Source of the DNA: Candidatus Eiseniibacteriota bacterium
GTDB taxonomy: Bacteria; Eisenbacteria; RBG-16-71-46; CAIMUX01; VGJL01
Assembly (NCBI GenBank): GCA_963792585.1
Contig: CAWBWI010000003.1
Location: forward strand, 1,088,001 to 1,152,000
Direction of reading: 5' to 3'
DNA: 64,000 nt
Shown one piece after another: positions 54,670 through 62,816 of the stretch; the stretch's first letter is position 1; every line of letters begins with the position of its first letter. The notes beneath the pieces are model-generated. The model did no database searches and was not told the DNA's origin. It saw only the letters and a list, made by a program, of their open reading frames with translations. A program made the translations under genes and the position numbers.

Positions 54670-55101
54670 GGGCCTCCTCCCCCCGTCGCCTTCCGGGGTC
54701 CCGTCAGTCTAGCCGGAGCCGGTGCAGCCCGGCCAGGTCTGCGCCCCCTGCGGGCCGCCGAATTGCGATTGGCTGAAAGGTCGGGGAAAACTCCTCCGCC
54801 GGCGGGAGCTGTTTTCCCGGGGCGTGGAGCCGGGGCCGGCGAGTGCGTTTCGCAGTGGGGGGAGAGGAAACGTTGCGTTTCGCAGGCAGGTCGGGAAACC
54901 CTGCGCGCGGGCCGAACGCCTGTCGGGTCCGGGAAACCGCTGGAATCCGGTGGCGCGCACGAATCCGATCCTGAGCATCTCGGTGGCATGGACGTTGCAC
55001 TGGGATCCGGGCGGGAGCACGAGCACCTGCGTCCTAACAACCAGGAGATCTCCGGCCGATATATGCCGGAGACCAGTGGGGCACACAACGGAGCGGAATG
55101 A

Positions 55102-56034
55102 ATGAGCCACGAGAAGATCCTCGTCGTCGAAGACGACGCATCCGTGCGGAAGATACTCACCTTCCAGCTCATGAAGGAAGGGTACGCCGTCAACACGGCG
55201 GAGGACGGCCTCGATGGCCTCGAGAAGGCGAACAGTGATCCTCCCGACCTCGTCCTGCTCGACCTCATGATGCCGAAGATGGACGGGGCCGAAGTCTGCC
55301 GTCGCCTGAAGGGGAATTTCCTCACGAGCCAGATTCCGGTAATCATGCTGACGGCGCGGGGGGAGATGGATGACAAGCTCACCGGTCTGAGCATCGGCGC
55401 GAACGACTACCTGACGAAGCCGTACACCCCCAGCGAGTTGATCGTGCGCGTGCGGAACATCCTCCACTTCAGCAGGCTGCAGCGCCAGGCGAGCCCGCTC
55501 ACGGGGCTGCCCGGGAACGCCTCGATCGATGCCGAGACGGAACGCAGACTCGAATCCGGCGGGCACTTCGCGCTTCTCTATGTGGACATCGACAATTTCA
55601 AGGCCTACAACGACTACTACAGCTTCGAGAAGGGGGACGAGGCGATCAAGCTGACCTCCTCCATCATCCTTCGCGCGGTGGGTCGTTTCGGGGGGAAGGA
55701 CGACTTCGTGGGGCACGTAGGAGGCGACGACTTCGTCGTCTTCTCGACCCCGGACGATGGGCACAAGCTCGCCGAGGAGATCGTCCGGGACTTCGACGCG
55801 CAGATACCGGCCCTCTACAACGAGGAAGATCGCGCGCGCGGCTACATCGAGGTCGTGAACCGCCAGAACGAGATCACTCGATACCCGATGATGACCATCA
55901 CCGTTGCCGGCGTGACGAACGTCGACAGGAAGATTACACACGTCGGCCAGCTCTCCGGCCTTGCCGCGGAAGTCAAACGTTTCGGCAAGCAAATGCCGGG
56001 GAGCATCGCAGTCTGGGAGCGACGCAACGACTGA
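55102..56034 (+). CDS. Response regulator with GGDEF-family (GGDDF) output domain
   Basis: REC domain (VVEDD, LDLMMP, LTA, KP); SPLTGLPGN, DIDNFKAYND, HVGGDDF. Confidence 0.9.
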   Translation: MSHEKILVVEDDASVRKILTFQLMKEGYAVNTAEDGLDGLEKANSDPPDLVLLDLMMPKMDGAEVCRRLKGNFLTSQIPVIMLTARGEMDDKLTGLSIGANDYLTKPYTPSELIVRVRNILHFSRLQRQASPLTGLPGNASIDAETERRLESGGHFALLYVDIDNFKAYNDYYSFEKGDEAIKLTSSIILRAVGRFGGKDDFVGHVGGDDFVVFSTPDDGHKLAEEIVRDFDAQIPALYNEEDRARGYIEVVNRQNEITRYPMMTITVAGVTNVDRKITHVGQLSGLAAEVKRFGKQMPGSIAVWERRND

Positions 56035-56056
56035 GTCGTCCCGAGGGGAGGCATCC

Positions 56057-56461
56057 GTGGACCGGAAGAGAATCCTGGTCGTTGATGATGAGATCTACAT
56101 CGTCCACATTCTCGAGTTCAGCCTCACGATGGAGGGGTATACCGTCCTGACCGCCTCGGACGGGGAGGAGGCCCTCAAGCTGATCGAGCAGGAGCGACCC
56201 GACCTGGTCGTTCTGGACATCATGATGCCCAAGCTCGACGGCTACGAGGTCTGCCGCCGCCTCCGTCAGGATGATCAGTTCGGTAACCTGCCCGTGATCC
56301 TCCTTTCCGCGAAGGGACGACCTGTCGATCGCGAAGCAGGACTGCAGGCGGGCGCCGACGACTACATTGCGAAGCCGTTCAGCCCGCGGAAGCTCCTCGA
56401 GAAGATCCGCGAACTGCTCGACCGGAGCGAGAACCAGATCGACAAAGTGGTGGGCTTCTAA
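56057..56461 (+). CDS. Single-domain response regulator
   Basis: VVDDE, LDIMMP, LSA, KPF; GGAGG RBS before GTG. Confidence 0.9.
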   Translation: MDRKRILVVDDEIYIVHILEFSLTMEGYTVLTASDGEEALKLIEQERPDLVVLDIMMPKLDGYEVCRRLRQDDQFGNLPVILLSAKGRPVDREAGLQAGADDYIAKPFSPRKLLEKIRELLDRSENQIDKVVGF

Positions 56462-56509
56462 GGCCTGTCGGACCCGGTAGACGGATTCCACCGATGACCG
56501 GTCGCCCCG

Positions 56510-56536
56510 GGGGACACCCCGGGGCGTCCCCTTTTT
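56510..56536 (+). terminator. Intrinsic terminator
   Basis: GGGGAC...GTCCCC stem followed by TTTTT. Confidence 0.7.
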
Positions 56537-56652
56537 CGGCCCCACAACCGCATCCTACCCCGCGTCCTCTTGTTGCCGAGCAGCCGACATCGTGCTAAAG
56601 CTAAGGGCAGACCTGACCTGCGCATCGCAGGTCCACTCCGAAGGAGGAAGCC

Positions 56653-56751
56653 ATGGGCAAGGAAAAGGACGTCAAGAAAGAGAACAAGAAGAAGCCGAAG
56701 AAGAACCTCATGGAGAAGCGAGCGGAGAAGAAAGCAAAGAAGGGGGAATAG
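56653..56751 (+). CDS. Small Lys-rich protein (32 aa), absent from the ORF track
   Basis: AAGGAGG RBS (56641-56647), ATG 56653, MGKEKDVKKENKKKPKKNLMEKRAEKKAKKGE, TAG. Confidence 0.7.
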   Translation: MGKEKDVKKENKKKPKKNLMEKRAEKKAKKGE

Positions 56752-56797
56752 CCGGACCGACCCCGCTCGAGGGCTGGCGGGGAGGGACGTCCCTGCA

Positions 56798-59113
56798 ATG
56801 ACCCTGGGGTTTCTCCTCCACCCGACCTATCGGATCGAGTCCGGAAAGCCGGCCGTCTATCTCTTCGGGAAGCTCGAAACCGGCGAGACGTTCGCCGTTC
56901 GTGATCGACGCAGCCGGCCCCACTTCTTTCTTCGGGCCGCAGATGGTGCACGCGCGCGTGCTCTTCTGCGGCCCGGCATCGTTTCGGAGGCGACGAATCT
57001 CGTCACCATGGCCGGCGAGCCGGTCGCGCGCCTGGTCGTTCCCACGCCGGCGGACGCGCCGCCCGTGCGCGACAGCCTCCACGCGGCGGGGATTCCCACC
57101 TTCGAGGCGGACATCCCCTTCGCGACCCGCTTCCTGATCGATCACGGGTTGCGCGGCTCGTTCGGCATCGAGGGGGCCTCACGTCCGGGCCGCCTCGTCG
57201 ATCGGATCTACGAGGACCCCGACCTCACGCCGGCGGACTGGGATCCGTCGCTCCGCGTCCTCTCGATCGACATCGAGACCGACGCCTCTGCGCGCCGCGT
57301 CTTCTCGATCGGCCTCTACGGCCCCGGCGTTGCGGAAGTCCACCTCGTCAACCAGGGAACGCGCCCATTGCCGGAAGAGGCGCGCCCGCACGCCGACGAG
57401 CGGAGGCTGCTCCAGGCCTTCGTCGAACGACTCCGCGTGATCGATCCCGACGTGCTGCTCGGATGGAATCTGATCGATTTCGATCTGTCCGTCCTCCAGG
57501 CCCGTTTCCACGAACACGGCCTTCCCTTCCACCTCGGCCGCGCGGAGATGCCGTGCTCGATCCGGGTGGATCGGTCCTTCTGGGGAGCATCGCGCGCCAC
57601 CATCCCCGGCCGTGTCGCGCTCGACGGAGTTGCCCTGCTGCGGGGCGCGTTCATCCGTCTGGCGGACTACCGGCTCGAAACCGCCGCGCGCGAGATCCTC
57701 GGGGAAGGGAAAGTCGTCGCGGGCCACGGCCGCGCGGCTTGGATCGAGCAGGCCTTCCTCGAGGACGTCGAGACGTTCGTTCGCTACAACCTGACCGATG
57801 CGCGGCTCGCCTTCGGCATTGTCGAGAAACTCGGGCTCATCCCGCTCGCCATCCGCCGAAGCCGTTTGACCGGAATGCCCCTCGACCGGGTCGGCGCCTC
57901 GATCGCCTCCTTCGACTTCCTGTACCTCCACGAATTGCGCAAGCGGGGGATTGTCGCGCCGACAGTCGACGCGGAGGCAAACGCGGAACCGACAGTGGGC
58001 GGTTATGTTCTCGATTCCGAGCCCGGCTTGTACCGAAACATACTCGTCTTCGATTTTCGGAGCCTCTACCCGAGTCTGATCCTGACCTTCCACCTCGATC
58101 CCGTCTCGTACGTCGCCTCGCCTCAGGCGGGGGAGGACCTGATCCTCGCCCCCAACGGGGCCCACTTCCGTCGGGAGGGGGGCATTCTCCCGGAACTCCT
58201 CGCGCGGTTCCTGCCGGAACGAGAGGCGGCGAAACTGCGCGGCGACCTCGTCGGATCGCCGGCGACCAAGATCCTGATGAACTCCTTCTACGGAGTCCTC
58301 GGCACGCCGCGATGCCGGTTCCATTCTCCCCCGACCGCCAACGCGATCACCCGCTTCGGGCAGACGATCCTCCTGTGGACCAAGGCCTTCATGGAAGCGC
58401 AGGGGTACCGTGTGCTCTACGGAGACACCGACTCGCTGTTCGTGATGACCGACGCCGGGGCGGCGGAGGACGCGGAGCGACTCGGAAAGGAACTCGCGGA
58501 GCGCGTGAACGGGGCCCTTACCGATCACATCCATTCGACGTGGCGCGTGGAGAGCCAGCTGAAGCTGCAGTTCGACCGTCTTTACGAGCGCTTCTTCCTT
58601 CCCGGACTTCGCCACTCGCGCGAGGGAAGCAAGAAGCGCTATGCCGGCCTCATCCGTCGCGACGGTCAGGAGACGATCGTATTCACGGGGCTCGAATCGG
58701 CCCGGCGCGACTGGACCGAGGTGGCGAAGCGCTTCCAGCGCGAGCTGCTGGAGCGGGTCTTTCACGATCAGCCGGTCGAGGACTTCATCCGCGGCTTCGT
58801 CGCCGCGTTGCGCACGGGGCGCTGGGATCCGCAACTCGTCTACACCAAGGCGCTTCGCAAGTCGCCGGATAGCTACACGAAGACGACGCCGCCCCACGTG
58901 AAGGCGGCGCGACAGATGTCGGACCGCGATGGGCGCCTCATCTCCTACGTCATGACGTCCGCCGGTCCGGAGCCGACCGCCGACGCCAAGAACCCCCCCG
59001 ACTACGAGCATTACGTGGAGAAGCAGATCCGCCCGATCGCGGAGGCGGTCCTTCTGTGCATGGGCTCGAGCTGGGAGCGGGTCTGGTCCGGCCAGGAAGA
59101 TCTGTTTAGCTAA
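56798..59113 (+). CDS. polB: DNA polymerase II (family B)
   Basis: SIDIET, GWN..FD, YNL.D exonuclease motifs; DFRSLYPS, K..MNSFYG, YGDTDS, KKRY polymerase motifs. Confidence 0.95.
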   Translation: MTLGFLLHPTYRIESGKPAVYLFGKLETGETFAVRDRRSRPHFFLRAADGARARALLRPGIVSEATNLVTMAGEPVARLVVPTPADAPPVRDSLHAAGIPTFEADIPFATRFLIDHGLRGSFGIEGASRPGRLVDRIYEDPDLTPADWDPSLRVLSIDIETDASARRVFSIGLYGPGVAEVHLVNQGTRPLPEEARPHADERRLLQAFVERLRVIDPDVLLGWNLIDFDLSVLQARFHEHGLPFHLGRAEMPCSIRVDRSFWGASRATIPGRVALDGVALLRGAFIRLADYRLETAAREILGEGKVVAGHGRAAWIEQAFLEDVETFVRYNLTDARLAFGIVEKLGLIPLAIRRSRLTGMPLDRVGASIASFDFLYLHELRKRGIVAPTVDAEANAEPTVGGYVLDSEPGLYRNILVFDFRSLYPSLILTFHLDPVSYVASPQAGEDLILAPNGAHFRREGGILPELLARFLPEREAAKLRGDLVGSPATKILMNSFYGVLGTPRCRFHSPPTANAITRFGQTILLWTKAFMEAQGYRVLYGDTDSLFVMTDAGAAEDAERLGKELAERVNGALTDHIHSTWRVESQLKLQFDRLYERFFLPGLRHSREGSKKRYAGLIRRDGQETIVFTGLESARRDWTEVAKRFQRELLERVFHDQPVEDFIRGFVAALRTGRWDPQLVYTKALRKSPDSYTKTTPPHVKAARQMSDRDGRLISYVMTSAGPEPTADAKNPPDYEHYVEKQIRPIAEAVLLCMGSSWERVWSGQEDLFS

Positions 59114-59121
59114 TACATAAA

Positions 59122-59205
59122 ACCCGGGGCTAACGTCGCAAATGATGGCCATCGGCGGATTCGATACCCGTAAAGGCGGTGCATTGAGACGATACGCCCC
59201 GGGGT
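59122..59205. repeat. Long imperfect inverted repeat/hairpin
   Basis: ACCCGGGGCTAACGTCGCAAATG closely matches the reverse complement of CATTGAGACGATACGCCCCGGGGT. Confidence 0.55.
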
Positions 59206-59222
59206 CGCAGGCACCGAAACAC

Positions 59223-59251
59223 TTGATTTGCTAATCTCACCTGCGTATACT
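59223..59251 (+). promoter_or_regulatory. Sigma70-type promoter
   Basis: TTGATT-17 nt-TATACT upstream of the Cys-rich protein gene. Confidence 0.6.
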
Positions 59252-59331
59252 GAGCCCTACGAGCGACGGCTGGTCCACACATCAGCCTCCATTCGTCCGC
59301 GTGAAGTAGTCAGCGACTGAGGAGGAGCTGG

Positions 59332-60453
59332 ATGATGCATTGGTATCGTAGGTACTGCCAAAACCGTTTCCGAATCACCGGAGCCCTCCTGCTGGTCGCA
59401 GCATGCGTGGGAGTTCTTGCGTTTGCGTCGACCGCCGGGGCCGATCCGGCGCGGGTTCGGGACGCGGTCTATGGAGATGTTCGGATTCTCCTGTGGAGTG
59501 AGGGCCGCTGGACGCTCAATGGCGGCAACATCCCCGGATGCACTACCTTTGTCGGCGGCACCTCGACGGGTCCCGGCAACATCTATAACGCGGACTCTCT
59601 GGTCTGTGATCCCACGCCGACGGACTGGCACTGGTCGGTGACCCTGCCGAACGGCTCCACGCTGCAGTGGGGGGTCGACAACATGCCGATCGATGTGGAG
59701 GTCTGCGCGCAGATCTTCTACTCCCGCGAGCATCCCTACCTCATCGGGAAGGCCGACGTAGACAACGACATGCTGACGGTCGCCGACGGCATGTTGAACG
59801 ACGTTCTCTACTACGGTCCGCTCAGCACGTTCGATGCCGAGGAGGAGGGGTTCATTCCCACGCAGGGGCGTCGCTGCGGAATCATCCTCCCGCTGCCGGT
59901 GGGCGCCTGCTGCTTCATGGATGGACACTGCGAGATTCTCTACCGGGATGCCTGCGAGGAAGCGGGTGGGACGTACCAGGGCGACAGCGTCGCGTGCGAA
60001 CCGAACAACCCGTGTCCGCAACCGCCGATGGCGTGCTGCTTCCAGGATGGTCATTGCGAGTTCGTGACGGCGGAGCTCTGTGAACGCCTCGGCGGGCAGC
60101 CGCAAGGCTACGGCACCGTCTGTGAGCCGAATGATTGCCCGCAGCCGCCGATGGCCTGCTGCTTCCCCGACTGCCGCTGCGAGATGCTCACCGAGCTCGA
60201 TTGCACCGAGAACGGCGGGGTACCGATGGGGCTTGGCGTGACCTGTGATCCGAATCCATGCGACTGCCCGCCGCCGACCGGCGCCTGTTGCATCGGGGAC
60301 CAGGGGGATTGCCTGATCCTTACGGAGGAGGGCTGCATCCAGCAGGGCGGGCGCTACCAGGGCAATGGGTCCACCTGCGAACCGGTCAATCCGTGCCCGA
60401 TCGTTCCCACGCAGAACACCACCTGGGGCCGTATCAAGAACGCCTATCGATAG
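59332..60453 (+). CDS. Secreted Cys-rich repeat protein with C-terminal TTWGRIK tail
   Basis: GAGGAGGAG RBS; signal peptide; four ~42-aa (G/M)ACC repeats; ends PTQNTTWGRIKNAYR. Confidence 0.8.
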   Translation: MMHWYRRYCQNRFRITGALLLVAACVGVLAFASTAGADPARVRDAVYGDVRILLWSEGRWTLNGGNIPGCTTFVGGTSTGPGNIYNADSLVCDPTPTDWHWSVTLPNGSTLQWGVDNMPIDVEVCAQIFYSREHPYLIGKADVDNDMLTVADGMLNDVLYYGPLSTFDAEEEGFIPTQGRRCGIILPLPVGACCFMDGHCEILYRDACEEAGGTYQGDSVACEPNNPCPQPPMACCFQDGHCEFVTAELCERLGGQPQGYGTVCEPNDCPQPPMACCFPDCRCEMLTELDCTENGGVPMGLGVTCDPNPCDCPPPTGACCIGDQGDCLILTEEGCIQQGGRYQGNGSTCEPVNPCPIVPTQNTTWGRIKNAYR

Positions 60454-60485
60454 GGCGATCGCGGTTTCATCAATGTATGAAGATG

Positions 60486-60513
60486 GCCCCGCCGGGTTCG
60501 CACCCGGCGGGGC
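60486..60513. terminator. Hairpin between convergent genes (putative bidirectional terminator)
   Basis: GCCCCGCCGGGT-tcgc-ACCCGGCGGGGC, a 12-bp stem. Confidence 0.6.
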
Positions 60514-60525
60514 GTCGTCTTGGGC

Positions 60526-61755
60526 TTAGGCAGCGGCCAGGGCCGCGAATCTCCTGCCCTCTCCGCACCAGCCAAGCGCCGATTCATAGAGTTCGGGTAG
60601 AGCGTGCTCCGGAATCCCAAGCCTGCGCGATCGCTCAGGGATCGCAACCCAGCGGCCGGCCAGGTAGTCCAGGGCCAGGTCGAAGACGTCCCGAAGCGGG
60701 CCGGGTTCGCCGAGAAGGGCCCCCTTCACGTCCGCTTCGATCGGAAGGCTCTCGAGGATCACGTCCTGAGGCACCTCGAGGATCACATCGAGGAGTGAGA
60801 AGAGACCGATCAGGAAGAGATCCGGCGCGCGAGGCGCCAGCCCCACCTCGGGCGCCAGCAACTCGCACGTGCGGCCCCTCAGCAGCGCCTCGGCCAGGAG
60901 TTCGCCCGGCTCCTCGCCGATGATCCCGGTGAGGGCCATCACGGATGCCCACCGTCGGATCTCGCGCGATCCGAGCAGCATGAGGGCATGCTGAACGGAC
61001 GAGACCGAGCCGCGCCAGCCAAACGCCGCCGAGTTGATGTAGCGCAGGAGCTTGTAGGCCAGGGCCACTTCGCGGGAGATGATGTCGCTGAGTTCCGGAA
61101 GGTCGAGATCCGGTTGGTGAATCTGGCCGAGCAACCGGAGGCAGCCTAGCTTCGACGTCGGGATGTCGCGGCCGGTCACGACCGAGGGCCGCGCAAAGAA
61201 GTAGCCCTGGAAGAGGTCGTAACCGAGCGATCTGGTTTCGAAGTAGAGGTCCTTCGTCTCGACCTCTTCCGCCACGACCGCGATCTTGCGCGCGCGCGCT
61301 CGCTCGGCGATCACGATCCGCTCGGTCACACTCGTCTCCGACACGTTCACCTTCACGAGATCCACATAGGAGAGGAGCGATTGCCTGTCGGATCCGAGCC
61401 GGAAGTTGTCGAGGGCAATCCGGTACCCGGCCTGCCTCAGGTGCGTGCAGGCGTCGATGACTTCCCGGTCCGCCTTGACCGAGTCCAGGAGCTGGATGAC
61501 GGTCTGGGATGCCGGGAGGATCTCTCCGTAGCCCCGGACCAGAACCTCCCGCGTGACGTTGACGAAGGCCGGCTTTCCGCAAGCGACCGCATCGAGACGG
61601 GGCAGGAACATGCTGGCCGCAAGAACCTGCGCCGACTCGATGTCCAGCCTGGGGTCCGGGAGCACCTGATCGAGGCAATCGCGTATCAGGAGCTCATATG
61701 CCCGAACGGCGAGCTTGGCGTCGAAAATCGGTTGTCTCGCTATATGAGTGAGCAT
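60526..61755 (-). CDS. EAL-HDOD domain protein (YuxH/CdgJ-like)
   Basis: ARQPIFD, YELL, ALDNF, AEEVET, FQGYFF; HDOD segment 'LLRYINSA', 'GLFSLLD'. Confidence 0.88.
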   Translation of the reverse strand: MLTHIARQPIFDAKLAVRAYELLIRDCLDQVLPDPRLDIESAQVLAASMFLPRLDAVACGKPAFVNVTREVLVRGYGEILPASQTVIQLLDSVKADREVIDACTHLRQAGYRIALDNFRLGSDRQSLLSYVDLVKVNVSETSVTERIVIAERARARKIAVVAEEVETKDLYFETRSLGYDLFQGYFFARPSVVTGRDIPTSKLGCLRLLGQIHQPDLDLPELSDIISREVALAYKLLRYINSAAFGWRGSVSSVQHALMLLGSREIRRWASVMALTGIIGEEPGELLAEALLRGRTCELLAPEVGLAPRAPDLFLIGLFSLLDVILEVPQDVILESLPIEADVKGALLGEPGPLRDVFDLALDYLAGRWVAIPERSRRLGIPEHALPELYESALGWCGEGRRFAALAAA

Positions 61756-61976
61756 CGGTTGCTTCGGGACCCCCCCTGGAAGTGTCGGACGGGAGTGCCG
61801 GGAATTGAGGGGGGCAGGAGGTTTCTCGAGGTCCCCGTGCTCGGAAGCTCCCAGCGGGACCGGCCGACCATCCTCCCCCCGGCGTCACCCCCCGGACCGG
61901 CCCGGTCACGATGGTGACCCGGAACCCTGGTTGCGAACGTGGTGTTCACTCATCGCCTGGAGCCGGGGAGGGACCT

Positions 61977-62780
61977 ATGCGCCACAGATCGGGGCGGACC
62001 GCTCTTGCCATCGCCGCCCTGGCGCTCTTGGTCATCGGCGCATCGCCGGCCGATGCCCGCGCGCGCCGTGAATCCAACGCGGAGGTGATCCTCGTCTTCT
62101 TCGGGGCGACGCAGGGGGAGCTGAAAGACTGCGGCTGCCATTCCAGCCCGATGGGCGGGCTGCCCCACCGTGCGAGCTTCATCGACTCTCTCCGGATTCG
62201 GCAGAAGACGCCCATCCTCGTGGACCTGGGCGATTTCATGAGCACGGAAGCGGCGGTTGCCGAGCTGAAGAACCGCTTCATCTGGCGGAGCATGGAAGAG
62301 ATGGGCTACTGCGCGACAACGCCGGGCGTCCGAGAGATCTCGGACTGGGAACGCTACCGCGATCTGAACCAGGGAAGCCCCATCCGATCGATCGCGACCA
62401 ACCTGACCGTCGCCGAGGTTCCTGGGATCGATGTCGCCCTCTACGGCCGGGAACCGAAGTGGGTCGACGTCGCCAGGACGGTCTCGCAGACGATCGTTCA
62501 GCAGACGGGGAACCGAGGAGCCCAGCTGGGCGAGCTGGTTCTGATCGTCGACCCGGCCGGGAGGATCGTTGAGTGGGGATCCCGAAACGATGCCCTCGGC
62601 CCCTCCTACGGAGAAGACCTGGATGTCGCCGCACAGGTCGAGCGGATCGAGAACAAGGCGAAGGAGATGATCACCGCCGATCAGCAGAGGCGGGCGGCGG
62701 GGGCCAATGCTCCCGGGGAGGCGCCGGCCGTTTCCGAGCCGCCGCCTCCCGATCCGATTCGTCCCGTCGGCAGGGAATAG
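61977..62780 (+). CDS. UshA-like CxC protein, copy 1 (internal in-frame deletion relative to copy 2)
   Basis: Signal peptide; GELKDCGCH, GGLP.R, VDLGDF, MGY, ATN, VPGIDV, G..G..LG.L. Confidence 0.7.
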   Translation: MRHRSGRTALAIAALALLVIGASPADARARRESNAEVILVFFGATQGELKDCGCHSSPMGGLPHRASFIDSLRIRQKTPILVDLGDFMSTEAAVAELKNRFIWRSMEEMGYCATTPGVREISDWERYRDLNQGSPIRSIATNLTVAEVPGIDVALYGREPKWVDVARTVSQTIVQQTGNRGAQLGELVLIVDPAGRIVEWGSRNDALGPSYGEDLDVAAQVERIENKAKEMITADQQRRAAGANAPGEAPAVSEPPPPDPIRPVGRE

Positions 62781-62816
62781 GCGGTCCCCCGCCACCCTCC
62801 AAACGAGGAGAAACCG

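Noticed and set aside
54680..54800. yybP-ykoY riboswitch upstream of terC
   Set aside because: Only fragmentary similarity (GAGGAGT, GGCGCAGACC) with no convincing junction structure.
54860..54940. CRISPR array suggested by GAAAC repeats
   Set aside because: Matches are only about 9 nt, with no regular repeat-spacer period and no cas genes.
55500..55740. Hypr (cGAMP-making) GGDEF enzyme
   Set aside because: It keeps the Asp in KGDEAI rather than the Hypr Ser.
56570..56797. Arg-rich N-terminal extension of PolB
   Set aside because: It is an out-of-frame reading of the small Lys-rich ORF. PolB homology starts at ATG 56798.
56798..59113. polB as a marker of a prophage or self-replicating element
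   Set aside because: It resembles cellular Pol II, and there is no integrase, capsid gene or terminal repeat nearby.
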